From contig CAIMAO010000002.1 in the NCBI GenBank assembly GCA_903838985.1, positions 1,844 through 65,843 of the forward strand: a DNA stretch of 64,000 nucleotides, in the 5' to 3' direction. Under the pieces are notes generated by a model. It worked only from the letters and a program-made list of their open reading frames with translations. It was not told the origin of the DNA and searched no databases. The position numbers and the translations under genes are program-made. The first letter of the stretch is position 1. Each line of letters opens with the position of its first letter. This DNA comes from an uncultured bacterium. GTDB lineage: Bacteria > Patescibacteriota > Minisyncoccia > Phycocordibacterales > UBA9973. Shown piece after piece: positions 9,859 through 19,322 of this stretch.

Positions 9859-12525
9859 TTAATGTGATTTTTCACCACTATCTAATTTTACATCCATTAT
9901 AATTTTATGTGCAGCTTCTTTATCAGCAGCTGGACTGTGTTTAAATGGATGTAACAATGATTGTATTACATAAGTTTTATCACTTGAAATTTTATTTGCA
10001 TAAGCTGTTTTTATTTCTCTGTTTGCCTTTTCTATTTCATGGTGAGCGTCAGGAATATCGACTGTTTCTAAATTGTTTATTGATCTTCCTTTAGTTGTCT
10101 TATTATTTTGTTTTCCTGTACCATCTTTTGTATCGGTGAAATATATTGTTTTTGTCTGGCCTTTTTGCAACGAGGAATCTGTTAGATAGGTTGTTTCAAA
10201 AGAGAGATCTCCATCCTTAATTGCTTTTTTACGTGCCTTTAATTCTGCTACTTTATCATTTGCTTCTTTCTTTGCCATAACCTTGGCAGGATCATCAACA
10301 TCCATTGCCGTAGCAGCAGCCAAAGCAGCGGTCTTTTCAGCTCCATCTGGTAATTTACTTGCATCACTTATTGCTTCTTTCTTTGCTTTAACCAAATCTG
10401 GGTTTGTAGTTTCTTTTGAATTTAAATCAGCAGCGTTTTCTCTTGCTGCCTTGATTTGTTTATCAAGTGAATCAAGATCATGTGAGTAGTTATTAAGAAC
10501 ACCTTGCAGATCCCTTTCTGTATTATTTAGATTTTGTTTCAATGTTGAATTTTCTTTTAGTTCAAGATCTTTTGCTCTCTTTTGTTTCTTTGCAACCTGA
10601 TCAGATTTCATCTTTTCATATCCACCTTCTTTTGCCTTACCGACGTTCTTTAATCCTATGTCAGATAAACCTTTGCCAGCTATTTTTACACCTCTTGCGT
10701 CAAAGCTAGCTTTACTCAAAGTATTGCCAACATTAAGGGCACCAAATTTACCTTGCTTTGCTCTGTTGATTGCCCAGTCTGAACTAGCAATTTTTTCTCC
10801 AACTCTACCAAGTGTTGCTCTTCCCAACATAGCTGTGCCACCCGTAGCTGCACCTAGTGCCAATCCACCAACCATCTTTGCTGCACCCATTACAGCTTTA
10901 CCCATTTCACCAGAATATTCCACTGCAATTTTTTTAGCCTGTTGTAACAACATCATAATTAATACGAAAGGTATTATTATTGTTAGCAGTTGCTCTTTTG
11001 TACTTGTGGTATCGTTGTACGTCACAACGTGACCCAGGAATTCTGTGAAACGTATTATTATGTATAAAAAGAATATAAATATTGGAGCTAAGAATGCATT
11101 TTTTAATAAATTATCCCACCAAGTTTTGTGTCCAAACCCAGGTATTTCAAAAGGTAGAGTGTATGAAACAAAGGCAATAGGTGCAAAAATCATAGAAAGC
11201 CAGAGTGAAATTACTCTTGCAACGAAAAGCACTGCTACTGCAAAGAAAATATAACCAGTATAAAGTGTGACGGCTATAAGTAAAAGTGTAATAAACAAGA
11301 AAAATCCCAACCCTTTTTGTTTGTAAGTTTCCATAGCAATTCTTTGGGGGTTGAATTTTTCAATTATTCCTATTGAGATGGATTTTTGTCCTGCATTACC
11401 AGATGCAGAATCTTTTAAAGTTCCGTCTGCATTTTTAGCAGTTGCGTCTTTTGAAGTTATACTATTGTAAAATACTTTTGCTAGGATGTTTGATCCATCA
11501 ATGATTACTTGTGTGGTAAATAAACTAAAGTTTATAAAAAGAGCAACAATGACAACCACACCCACTAGTTTTTTGTTGTCTGTGACATTTAAGCCAAGTA
11601 TTGTTTTAATTGCTACATAAATAAGTGCAATTATGAAAAATATATTTGCGATATCTCGTATTGATGCCCAACCCTCTTTCACGAAATCATTACTATATGA
11701 AGAGCTGTTAGTTGCATAATATATGAAGAAATCAAGAAAGCCCCCTCCTATTTCAGCAACCCAAGAAGAAGCACTCCAAAGCGAATAAAATACTTGTGCG
11801 ACACAACCTGAAATTTTGGTAATTCCGCAATCAAAACTTTCAACAGCATCATCTCCCGAGGAAGAGGAAGAACTTACTGGGGCAATTGTAGGATCTGTGT
11901 CACTTTTTTTAGGAGTATGAAAGTCCTTTGTTTTAACAACATCTGGATTATTATATCCTCCAAATATTGTCATAGATACTGTATAATCTGTTTCGGGTTC
12001 TAATTGTATTGGCCAATCTAGAGTATTGATGTTAAATTTATTTTCTGGTTTCATCCCATTAAAAGTCCAACCCTTTAATGGAAGAGGCATTTTAGGGTCG
12101 TCTTTTGAAGTCCATTGCAAAGATGCTAAAGGCGTGCTTCCCGCGTCTACATTTTTTTTTCTTATTTCAAATAGAAATGATTTTCTTGTATCTGTTGGGT
12201 AGTCTCGTATATTGTTGTACATTTTATATGTTTGGGGTGCACTTGGAATGATATTTTCTGTTGCTGTTAAGCAGGTATCACACTTTGTGTTGTCTGAATC
12301 TAATATTATCCAAAAATTAAAATTTGCTGATGTCCCATATATTTGATCTACATCGATACGAGAAAGTCTGTCAAACATGTCTTTTGTGTTTACTGCTAGG
12401 GCTTTATTTGATTCTATCTTTACAGCTAGTTGTTTGTTGTTAATTTTAATATTAAATGAAAAAGGAACTACAAAAATAGATATTATAGCTAACAATATTG
12501 AAATTTTTAATAAGTTTTTTTTCAT
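9859..12525 (-). CDS. VirB6/TrbL-like polytopic membrane protein with large N-terminal extracellular domain and long charged C-terminal tail
   Basis: 888 aa. Signal/TM at the N-terminus, about 6–7 TM helices in the middle (residues ~300–520), and a Gly-rich segment followed by a K/E-rich coiled tail. This architecture is typical of T4SS VirB6 homologs. Confidence 0.55.
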   Translation of the reverse strand: MKKNLLKISILLAIISIFVVPFSFNIKINNKQLAVKIESNKALAVNTKDMFDRLSRIDVDQIYGTSANFNFWIILDSDNTKCDTCLTATENIIPSAPQTYKMYNNIRDYPTDTRKSFLFEIRKKNVDAGSTPLASLQWTSKDDPKMPLPLKGWTFNGMKPENKFNINTLDWPIQLEPETDYTVSMTIFGGYNNPDVVKTKDFHTPKKSDTDPTIAPVSSSSSSGDDAVESFDCGITKISGCVAQVFYSLWSASSWVAEIGGGFLDFFIYYATNSSSYSNDFVKEGWASIRDIANIFFIIALIYVAIKTILGLNVTDNKKLVGVVVIVALFINFSLFTTQVIIDGSNILAKVFYNSITSKDATAKNADGTLKDSASGNAGQKSISIGIIEKFNPQRIAMETYKQKGLGFFLFITLLLIAVTLYTGYIFFAVAVLFVARVISLWLSMIFAPIAFVSYTLPFEIPGFGHKTWWDNLLKNAFLAPIFIFFLYIIIRFTEFLGHVVTYNDTTSTKEQLLTIIIPFVLIMMLLQQAKKIAVEYSGEMGKAVMGAAKMVGGLALGAATGGTAMLGRATLGRVGEKIASSDWAINRAKQGKFGALNVGNTLSKASFDARGVKIAGKGLSDIGLKNVGKAKEGGYEKMKSDQVAKKQKRAKDLELKENSTLKQNLNNTERDLQGVLNNYSHDLDSLDKQIKAARENAADLNSKETTNPDLVKAKKEAISDASKLPDGAEKTAALAAATAMDVDDPAKVMAKKEANDKVAELKARKKAIKDGDLSFETTYLTDSSLQKGQTKTIYFTDTKDGTGKQNNKTTKGRSINNLETVDIPDAHHEIEKANREIKTAYANKISSDKTYVIQSLLHPFKHSPAADKEAAHKIIMDVKLDSGEKSH

Positions 12526-12550
12526 TTTCTACTTTACAACTCGCCTCGGA

Positions 12551-14140
12551 CTATTTTTTGAAATAATATTCATACGCAGAAGCATTTTTTAAATCTGCAC
12601 TCGTATCTCTGACATCTATTATTTTACCATTAAAATATTCATACACGGTTAATTTATTTCCTGAAAGTTGAAGTTGATAGGCTGCGACATCTGGCTTGCT
12701 GACACGTATTTCTTTTCCTTTGCTATTAACATAACCGAAATCTCTTGCGAAAGTATCTGCTAAACCCCAAGCAAAATTTTGTAAATTATCTCCTTCTCCA
12801 TATCCATACAATTTTGCAAAGGCTGTGTCTGCTGTTATTTGTCTTACGAAAACTGTTTCAATACCTTCGTGATAATGCACTACTGCATCTCCCGGTGGTG
12901 TGATGGTTTGTCCTAGTTTTAATGGCGTAGTGTCTATTATGCCTGTGCTTGTGTTTGTGTTTCCATTGTTGTTATTTCCATAATTATTTCCATTGAAATT
13001 GTTCTGATTATTTATATTATTTTGATTGTCACTATTACCATTGTTATTATTCTGATTATTATTCTCATTGTTTCCATTGTTGTTGTCTCCGGTGGTATCA
13101 CTACTTCCATCATTTCCACCTCCTAAAGTTTCGTTATAGTTTGTTGTGAAATCTAAAGCAGAACCAGTGAAAATAGTTTCATTACTTTTTCCTAAATTAT
13201 TTTTTGCTACAGCCCTGAATTGATATATTGTCTTTGGATTTAAACCAGATAAATTAAAACTAATATTGCCATAAAGATTAGAAAATTTTCCTATGTCATA
13301 AGTTGTTTTACCCACTTCTTTCCAAACGGTTGGTGCGGTAGTTGTGTTTTCAGCTTCTTTGTATTCAAAAGAGGTTGTGACAGTTTTAGTGGAGCAATAA
13401 TTACCAGTTATTTTAGCAGAATCGGAAGTTATCATGGTTGATCCACTTGTGTTGACTGTGGTGGTGTAGCAATCAGTATGAAATTTCTTGATTATACTGG
13501 TTCCCCCATATGCTATGCCTTCCTTGTTTGATATTATTGCACAATAATAGTAAGTAGTGTTTGGAGAAAGTCCAGTTATTTTTTGAGAAAAAGTTTGTGA
13601 TAATGTGCTAGAGTTTATTTTTGTTAATTTTAGATCTCCTGTTGAACCCATATTTGTGCCATAAATATCATTACAATATATTGGAGAAATATCTGCTTTT
13701 GAGTATCTGAAATATGCAGTGAGTGGAGATAATGTTGAACTCGAAGTTTTGTAGCCCCCTACACCATTTAATGTTGCACTAGTTTCACCCAAGTTTGTAG
13801 CCTCATTTGTTTGAACAAAAAAATTTTCTTTTGCTGAGGTGGCAGTGTCTTTTATATAGCAAGATTTGAGCACATAAGGTGCTGGATCTCCGCCAAACAT
13901 GTTGTTGTTGCAGTCTATGCCACCGGCTATATTGTATTGATACTTGAAGACATTGTTAGCACCATAAGCGACATCTTTTGATCCAGCAAAACTGCAATGA
14001 ACACCTTCAGTTGAGCAAAGAGTGTAGCCATTTGGTAAATTTGGACTAGTTGAATAATATGACCAAGAAATAAGTGGTATCAAGAATAAAGCTGTTATTA
14101 ATATTTTTATTGTATTCTTTTGCATTTTAATAAACTCCAA
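12551..14140 (-). CDS. Hypothetical secreted protein with Asn-rich low-complexity linker
   Basis: 529 aa, signal peptide, long N/G/Q-rich tract. Overlaps the upstream gene by 14 nt. Confidence 0.5.
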   Translation of the reverse strand: MEFIKMQKNTIKILITALFLIPLISWSYYSTSPNLPNGYTLCSTEGVHCSFAGSKDVAYGANNVFKYQYNIAGGIDCNNNMFGGDPAPYVLKSCYIKDTATSAKENFFVQTNEATNLGETSATLNGVGGYKTSSSTLSPLTAYFRYSKADISPIYCNDIYGTNMGSTGDLKLTKINSSTLSQTFSQKITGLSPNTTYYYCAIISNKEGIAYGGTSIIKKFHTDCYTTTVNTSGSTMITSDSAKITGNYCSTKTVTTSFEYKEAENTTTAPTVWKEVGKTTYDIGKFSNLYGNISFNLSGLNPKTIYQFRAVAKNNLGKSNETIFTGSALDFTTNYNETLGGGNDGSSDTTGDNNNGNNENNNQNNNNGNSDNQNNINNQNNFNGNNYGNNNNGNTNTSTGIIDTTPLKLGQTITPPGDAVVHYHEGIETVFVRQITADTAFAKLYGYGEGDNLQNFAWGLADTFARDFGYVNSKGKEIRVSKPDVAAYQLQLSGNKLTVYEYFNGKIIDVRDTSADLKNASAYEYYFKK

Positions 14141-17024
14141 TCATTGATTCAAACGGTCCACCACGTGCGTCACCATCTGTTTTTCTACTTCCTACTGATA
14201 TATATCTATACTTTGAATCAGATTTTACACCAAATATATCTTCTGCAAATTTTAATCTCTCTTGTCCACGAACTTCTATGTAGTCAAGACCACTTACATG
14301 TCCAGCAGAGAAAAATACAAAACTTAAGAAACCAGGGCCAAATACATCATATTCATTTTTAGGTGTTGTGTTTTTATCCCCACTGTTCCATGGATCTGGC
14401 AGCATGGAACCCTCTTTTGTATATTTTTCATTGTTGTAATCATAAAGTATAGAAAAAGGATAAGTCATTCTTTTGACAGAGTTTATGTTGTAGTTTTTCC
14501 AATCTCTTCCTGACACAGCCGTACCAGCTGAGGGGAAATTTTTTATGTTGTCTGGATTTTGTAAAAATGCTTCACAGCCAGATGGACCTTTTAATAGTGT
14601 TTTATATACATAATCTTTTTTATCTATGATTTGTTTCGTCAAACTATCAACACTGGCTATGTCATCTCCATTCACCATTTCAGCAGAAATATTTCCAAAT
14701 TTATTTATTTGTGTTTTTAGTGCAGTTTCATAATCATCTCCACCATTTGAATATGTTTCATTTAAATCATCAACAGATTTTTTTATGTCGCTTAACGTAT
14801 TTATTACATTTTTTAATGAAGAAATTTTATTTTGATTGTCTACTATCATTTGAGCATAACCAGGTAACTGGTTGTAATCTGTGATAGCTTCAGTAGTGAC
14901 TGACGGAAGAATACCTGGGCCTGAAAAATATGTCTTATTGATTATTTCTGCATATCTACTTAGAATTGTGTTCATGCCATTAACAAATCCACCATAACTT
15001 TCTGTATTTATAGCTGTTGAGTCATTTCCATTTTCATAGTCTGGCATCACTCCAGTAAACACATAAACTGCTGTTGCATAATATCCTCTAAGTTTTTCAG
15101 AATCATCAGGGCTATTAATAAGACTTGCAATATAACCTACTGCAACTCCGACAACTGCTCCGATTATTGTACCAACAACAGGAACAGCTGAACCTACAGC
15201 TGCACCTGTTGCCGCCGCTGTCCCTACTCCAAGCAAAGCAGCAACAGGCGCAGCAAGAGTCAATCCTGCAATCGCACCAGCAGCCATTGGCGCGATAGAT
15301 GTTATGGTGCCTAAGATAGCATCCATGTTTTTGTCTTTTAAGTCTTCTTTTGTTTCTGGGACAACTTTATTTAATGCTGCACTTAATACTTTTTGAGAAT
15401 CACCTTCCCATCCTGGATGTGGTCCTGGGATACAGTAATCTAGTTGATATATTGCGGGGATAAGTCCGTAGGCGTTAGATATTCCTGTTTTATCATCAAG
15501 TTTATAATTATTGCCGTCCGTTGTAGACATTAATTCTTTATTTTGTTGTGTAAGTTTGTCAGAATATGTTCTTTGTTCATCTATTAAAGCTTGGGTAAGG
15601 TCTGTACGAATATTAAAATCTGGATTTACAGAAAGCCAAGATGTTGTGAGTTGGGCTGGGGAGAAGTCTTGCTCTGTTTGGGTTCTGATTGTGTTGTTGT
15701 TTAAGGTGTCTGAGCTAGAGCCAGTTAAATCATCAGTGTTAATTTCAGAGAACCCCTTTTCCATAAGGCTGGAAGAGAATTGAGCCAGAAGAGCATTTGT
15801 GACTGCTTCTATTGCGTCATTTAGATCTTGGGCGCTTAACAGAGAATCTTTTGTGGTTGTCATTGTGCTTGTAGCTGCATCAGCTATCATTGATCCAGGT
15901 GTGACGTATTTCCATTGTTTGCAAAGTCTATATATATACATATATGGAAGATATGCTTCTCCAGTTTTTTCATTATAAGTAGCTTCACTACCTCCAGTAT
16001 TAGGATGGTTGCTTCTTTCTGTTAATGCTTTTTGGTTTTCTTCTTTTGTGACACCTTGTGGATCAACACAACGTTGATCTCCAAGAAAACCATTTGCTTG
16101 TGATAATGCATCATGATATTTGTCTGCGGTTGATTGGACTGTTCCTTGTAGTCTCTTTTGTAGTTCATTATCTGCCATTAATTTAAAACCGAGAGGATTG
16201 TTTGCTGGGCTCTGTGTCATAGCTGTCCAAGCGTCCCACCCACCTTGGCTGAAATCTTGTTGGAAGGTTGATGCAGAATATTCAGGATTAGTATCCTGTA
16301 TTAGTTTATCTAGAGAATAGGTAGCATTATCTTGGAATTTACTATTGAAAGCATTAGCTGTATTTTTTAGCCATTCTTTACCGAAAGGAGAACCAGAAGC
16401 TGTTATTTCTGTGCCAAACTGTAGCACTTCATTTTTAGCTATATCACCAAAGAATTTTGTAGGGTCTTGGATAAAAGCAGGGCTACCATTAAAGCCACTC
16501 TTTATCCAATTTACAGTGCTTACAGTAATTTTTTGTAAAAGCATTTTTGTCACGATACGTCCTATGGCTGCGGTGCAGGTAGAGTTGTCTTTGAGAGCAG
16601 AAATATCTTTTTTTGTATCTTGTGCTAACTTTTTTGTATCTCTTATGTTATCTGCCGCCGCTGTTCCTTCTATGTTAACATTGACAGAATCACTTAGACT
16701 AGTGTTGTTTTTTATAATGTCTTCGACTTTAGGGGTAATTGAATCTATTAAGTATTCAGTTCCTGCTGCTAACCCCCCTGATAGAATCATAGTTTTTGCA
16801 TTTCCCCCTTGTATTGCGTTACCAAGTGCTGCTACTGTTCCAGTGAATAATAATTTTGTGGTTAAGCTCGTGTCTCTACATTGAGGTAAAGAAGAAATAG
16901 AAAATGAATGACCCGAGATACTTTGAGCTTCTGCCTTTTTGGGTATAAAACCAAGAGGCATAGAAATAGTACTGACAATCAATATGAATGAAATTATAGA
17001 ATTTTTTAAATATTTCTTTTGCAT
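14127..17024 (-). CDS. Large secreted/membrane protein (965 aa) with a Gly/Ala-rich TM cluster
   Basis: Signal peptide. A hydrophobic Gly-zipper segment ...IAGLTLAAPVAALLGVGTAAATGAAVGSAVPVVGTIIGAVVGVAVGYIASL... Member of the T4SS-like operon. Confidence 0.5.
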   Translation of the reverse strand: MQKKYLKNSIISFILIVSTISMPLGFIPKKAEAQSISGHSFSISSLPQCRDTSLTTKLLFTGTVAALGNAIQGGNAKTMILSGGLAAGTEYLIDSITPKVEDIIKNNTSLSDSVNVNIEGTAAADNIRDTKKLAQDTKKDISALKDNSTCTAAIGRIVTKMLLQKITVSTVNWIKSGFNGSPAFIQDPTKFFGDIAKNEVLQFGTEITASGSPFGKEWLKNTANAFNSKFQDNATYSLDKLIQDTNPEYSASTFQQDFSQGGWDAWTAMTQSPANNPLGFKLMADNELQKRLQGTVQSTADKYHDALSQANGFLGDQRCVDPQGVTKEENQKALTERSNHPNTGGSEATYNEKTGEAYLPYMYIYRLCKQWKYVTPGSMIADAATSTMTTTKDSLLSAQDLNDAIEAVTNALLAQFSSSLMEKGFSEINTDDLTGSSSDTLNNNTIRTQTEQDFSPAQLTTSWLSVNPDFNIRTDLTQALIDEQRTYSDKLTQQNKELMSTTDGNNYKLDDKTGISNAYGLIPAIYQLDYCIPGPHPGWEGDSQKVLSAALNKVVPETKEDLKDKNMDAILGTITSIAPMAAGAIAGLTLAAPVAALLGVGTAAATGAAVGSAVPVVGTIIGAVVGVAVGYIASLINSPDDSEKLRGYYATAVYVFTGVMPDYENGNDSTAINTESYGGFVNGMNTILSRYAEIINKTYFSGPGILPSVTTEAITDYNQLPGYAQMIVDNQNKISSLKNVINTLSDIKKSVDDLNETYSNGGDDYETALKTQINKFGNISAEMVNGDDIASVDSLTKQIIDKKDYVYKTLLKGPSGCEAFLQNPDNIKNFPSAGTAVSGRDWKNYNINSVKRMTYPFSILYDYNNEKYTKEGSMLPDPWNSGDKNTTPKNEYDVFGPGFLSFVFFSAGHVSGLDYIEVRGQERLKFAEDIFGVKSDSKYRYISVGSRKTDGDARGGPFESMIGVY

Positions 17025-17069
17025 TTTACTTTAAGAACTTTAAAACTTTTTTACTCTTGTATTATATCA

Positions 17070-17999
17070 CTATTTTGTTAAAGCTGTCTCTAAATCTCCC
17101 ACTGCTGCTACTAAGTCATTACTATATTTTTGATATTGAGAAATACCAGAGAGTCCTACGACAGGATCATCCATAACTTTTTCCATATTTGAAACGCTTA
17201 TGCCTGTGTTGTTGGAACTATTTGCTATCCGTAAATGATAATCTGCCAATCCTTCTGGGACTTTAACATCTGTAATTATTTTTTTAGCAAAATCTTGATA
17301 TGCATTCGCTATAGCTATTAATTTAGCTGAAGAATTAGGATTATTTGCAGAATCTAAAGTAATTTTGTTACTGATGATATCCAACTCGTCTCCTATCCCA
17401 GCTGTTTGATAAGTTTTGAATATTTTTTTTATAGTATTGTAATATGCTTGTCTAGAAACAGCAGTGTCATTGTTGTCTAACTTTATATCTGAAGCTGTGT
17501 AACGATCAAGTAAGTTTGGGTTTGCTACTTTTTCACCCAAGGCACTTGAAAAACTATTTATGGCATTTTTGTCAACTTGTCCAGAAGATTTCATTGCACT
17601 GTAACTGACGAAGAACTCTCTAGCAAACTTGTCAGTTTCTGTCAGATTTTTATCATTTGCTGTTACACTTTCGTCTATATTTAATTCTTTCTTTCTGTTT
17701 TCTATATAGGTGGCATCAGGTGTATTGTTGAAAGTTATTTTTTTGTTTTTGTCTGTTCCCCAGAGGTCTTCTTCCCAATCAGGTATGCCGTCTCCATCAG
17801 AATCTTTTTGAATTAAGTCTGTGACAGATTGATTTGCTACTTTTAATGGAACAAGATTTTTTTTATTTGTTGTACTAAATATTTCTCCCCCTGAAGACAT
17901 AAAAAATATGACAAATATAATTACTCCCAAAACAACAAGAACGCTTAAGATTATTAAGAATTTTTTTGTTGGTAAATATTTTGAATATTTTTCTTTCAT
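17070..17999 (-). CDS. Membrane-anchored protein with thrombospondin-type-3-like Ca-binding motif
   Basis: 309 aa, N-terminal TM helix. Contains the motif DSDGDGIPDWEEDLWGTD. Confidence 0.45.
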   Translation of the reverse strand: MKEKYSKYLPTKKFLIILSVLVVLGVIIFVIFFMSSGGEIFSTTNKKNLVPLKVANQSVTDLIQKDSDGDGIPDWEEDLWGTDKNKKITFNNTPDATYIENRKKELNIDESVTANDKNLTETDKFAREFFVSYSAMKSSGQVDKNAINSFSSALGEKVANPNLLDRYTASDIKLDNNDTAVSRQAYYNTIKKIFKTYQTAGIGDELDIISNKITLDSANNPNSSAKLIAIANAYQDFAKKIITDVKVPEGLADYHLRIANSSNNTGISVSNMEKVMDDPVVGLSGISQYQKYSNDLVAAVGDLETALTK

Positions 18000-18011
18000 G
18001 ATTTTATATTT

Positions 18012-18410
18012 TTATTTTGAAGTTCCAAAAAGGGTTATTGTATTTAGGGAAACAGTAGCATAAGTAGGTGGGTTCCCTGGACGAACACAGTTTATAATTG
18101 TTCTTCCGGTGTATTTACCTAAAATTGATTTACCTGTTGTTGGAGTAGTTCTTGTTTTTGATACTACCGCCCAAGGTATAAAATAACTAGTTGGTGTTCC
18201 GGTAGGAGAACCCAAAGGGATTATTGTGATAGATTTACCTAAAACAGTACATTTGTATCCAGCCCATTCTTTTATTTCTATTTCCATTGCTTTGTCACTA
18301 ATTATTTTTCCACCAAAAAAGCCTCCGATAGAAGAAGCAGCAAAAACTATTCTAGTACCAACAAATACCAAAAAAATAATTAGCAGAATAAAAATTGTGC
18401 CTTTTTTCAC
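18012..18410 (-). CDS. Small exported protein, first gene of the cluster (possible pilin-like subunit)
   Basis: 132 aa with an N-terminal hydrophobic segment. Confidence 0.4.
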   Translation of the reverse strand: MKKGTIFILLIIFLVFVGTRIVFAASSIGGFFGGKIISDKAMEIEIKEWAGYKCTVLGKSITIIPLGSPTGTPTSYFIPWAVVSKTRTTPTTGKSILGKYTGRTIINCVRPGNPPTYATVSLNTITLFGTSK

Positions 18411-18445
18411 ACATATATTATATCAATATTAAAAAATAGATGCCA

Positions 18446-19318
18446 CTATTTTTTGTGAATATTTATGTTTTTAGAAATATTTATCCAATCTATAAGCGAA
18501 AGTTCCTCTGCTCTTTTGTTTCCTAATGTTTTTATAAGATTTTCATCTATGTAATTTGAGTTTTTAATTAGATTTTTTAGGTTTGAAGAGAGTTTTTTAC
18601 GTTTATGAGCAAAACCAGCACGGACCACTTCCCAAAAAAAGTCTTCATTTGCGTTGTTTTCTATGAAAGTTCTCCTAGAAATATTTTTTATTGCAATTAC
18701 TGCTGAATCTACAGCCGGTTCTGGTGAAAAATATCGTGATGGCACTTTTGTTATTAGTTTTGGTTCCCCATAGGCTTTTATTGAGATTGAAAGAATACTC
18801 TCCTTCCCATTACGTGCCACTATTCTTTTGGCTACTTCGTGTTGCACCATTAGAATCATCATTTCTGGCTGATTTTTTTCTGTTAAAAACTTTTTAAAAA
18901 TTGCACCAGTAATGTTGTATGGAATGTTTGCAATTATTTTATAATCAAAATCTGGATAGCCCTTTCTATTTTGAGCTTCCCGAGGGTCCCACCCGGTAAT
19001 CCGAGAAGGGCGCAGGGACGAAAAATTGGAAGAGATATCCAGATTTAAAATATCTTCTTCAAGCAAAATTAATTTTTTTTCAGTAATTTCTTTTGCAAAT
19101 TTTTCTTGAAGGAACTGAAATAAATTTTTATCTTTTTCAATCGCTATTATACAATTACTTTTTTCTAAAAGTTTTTCTGTTAATGCTCCCTTTCCTGGAC
19201 CAATTTCTAAAATAATATCGTCGGGTGATATTTCTCCGGCTTCAACAATTTTTTTAATCACTAAGTTTGATTTTAAAAAATTTTGGCCCAATGATTTTTT
19301 TGCTTTATGTATTTGCAT
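18446..19318 (-). CDS. rsmA: 16S rRNA (adenine1518-N6/adenine1519-N6)-dimethyltransferase RsmA/KsgA
   Basis: 290 aa. SAM-binding motif ILEIGPGKGALT, and IANIPYNIT matching the KsgA NxPY catalytic motif. The ORF stays intact across an inserted GC-rich element. Confidence 0.85.
   Translation of the reverse strand: MQIHKAKKSLGQNFLKSNLVIKKIVEAGEISPDDIILEIGPGKGALTEKLLEKSNCIIAIEKDKNLFQFLQEKFAKEITEKKLILLEEDILNLDISSNFSSLRPSRITGWDPREAQNRKGYPDFDYKIIANIPYNITGAIFKKFLTEKNQPEMMILMVQHEVAKRIVARNGKESILSISIKAYGEPKLITKVPSRYFSPEPAVDSAVIAIKNISRRTFIENNANEDFFWEVVRAGFAHKRKKLSSNLKNLIKNSNYIDENLIKTLGNKRAEELSLIDWINISKNINIHKK
18975..19025. repeat. GC-rich palindromic element (family 1) inserted in-frame within rsmA
   Basis: Core cccgagggtcccacccggtaatccgagaagggcgcagggacg is the reverse complement of the cores at 29448..29489 and 56287..56330. 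In the minus-strand reading frame it encodes ...SLRPSRITGWDPRE... Confidence 0.8.
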
Positions 19319-19322
19319 TTTT

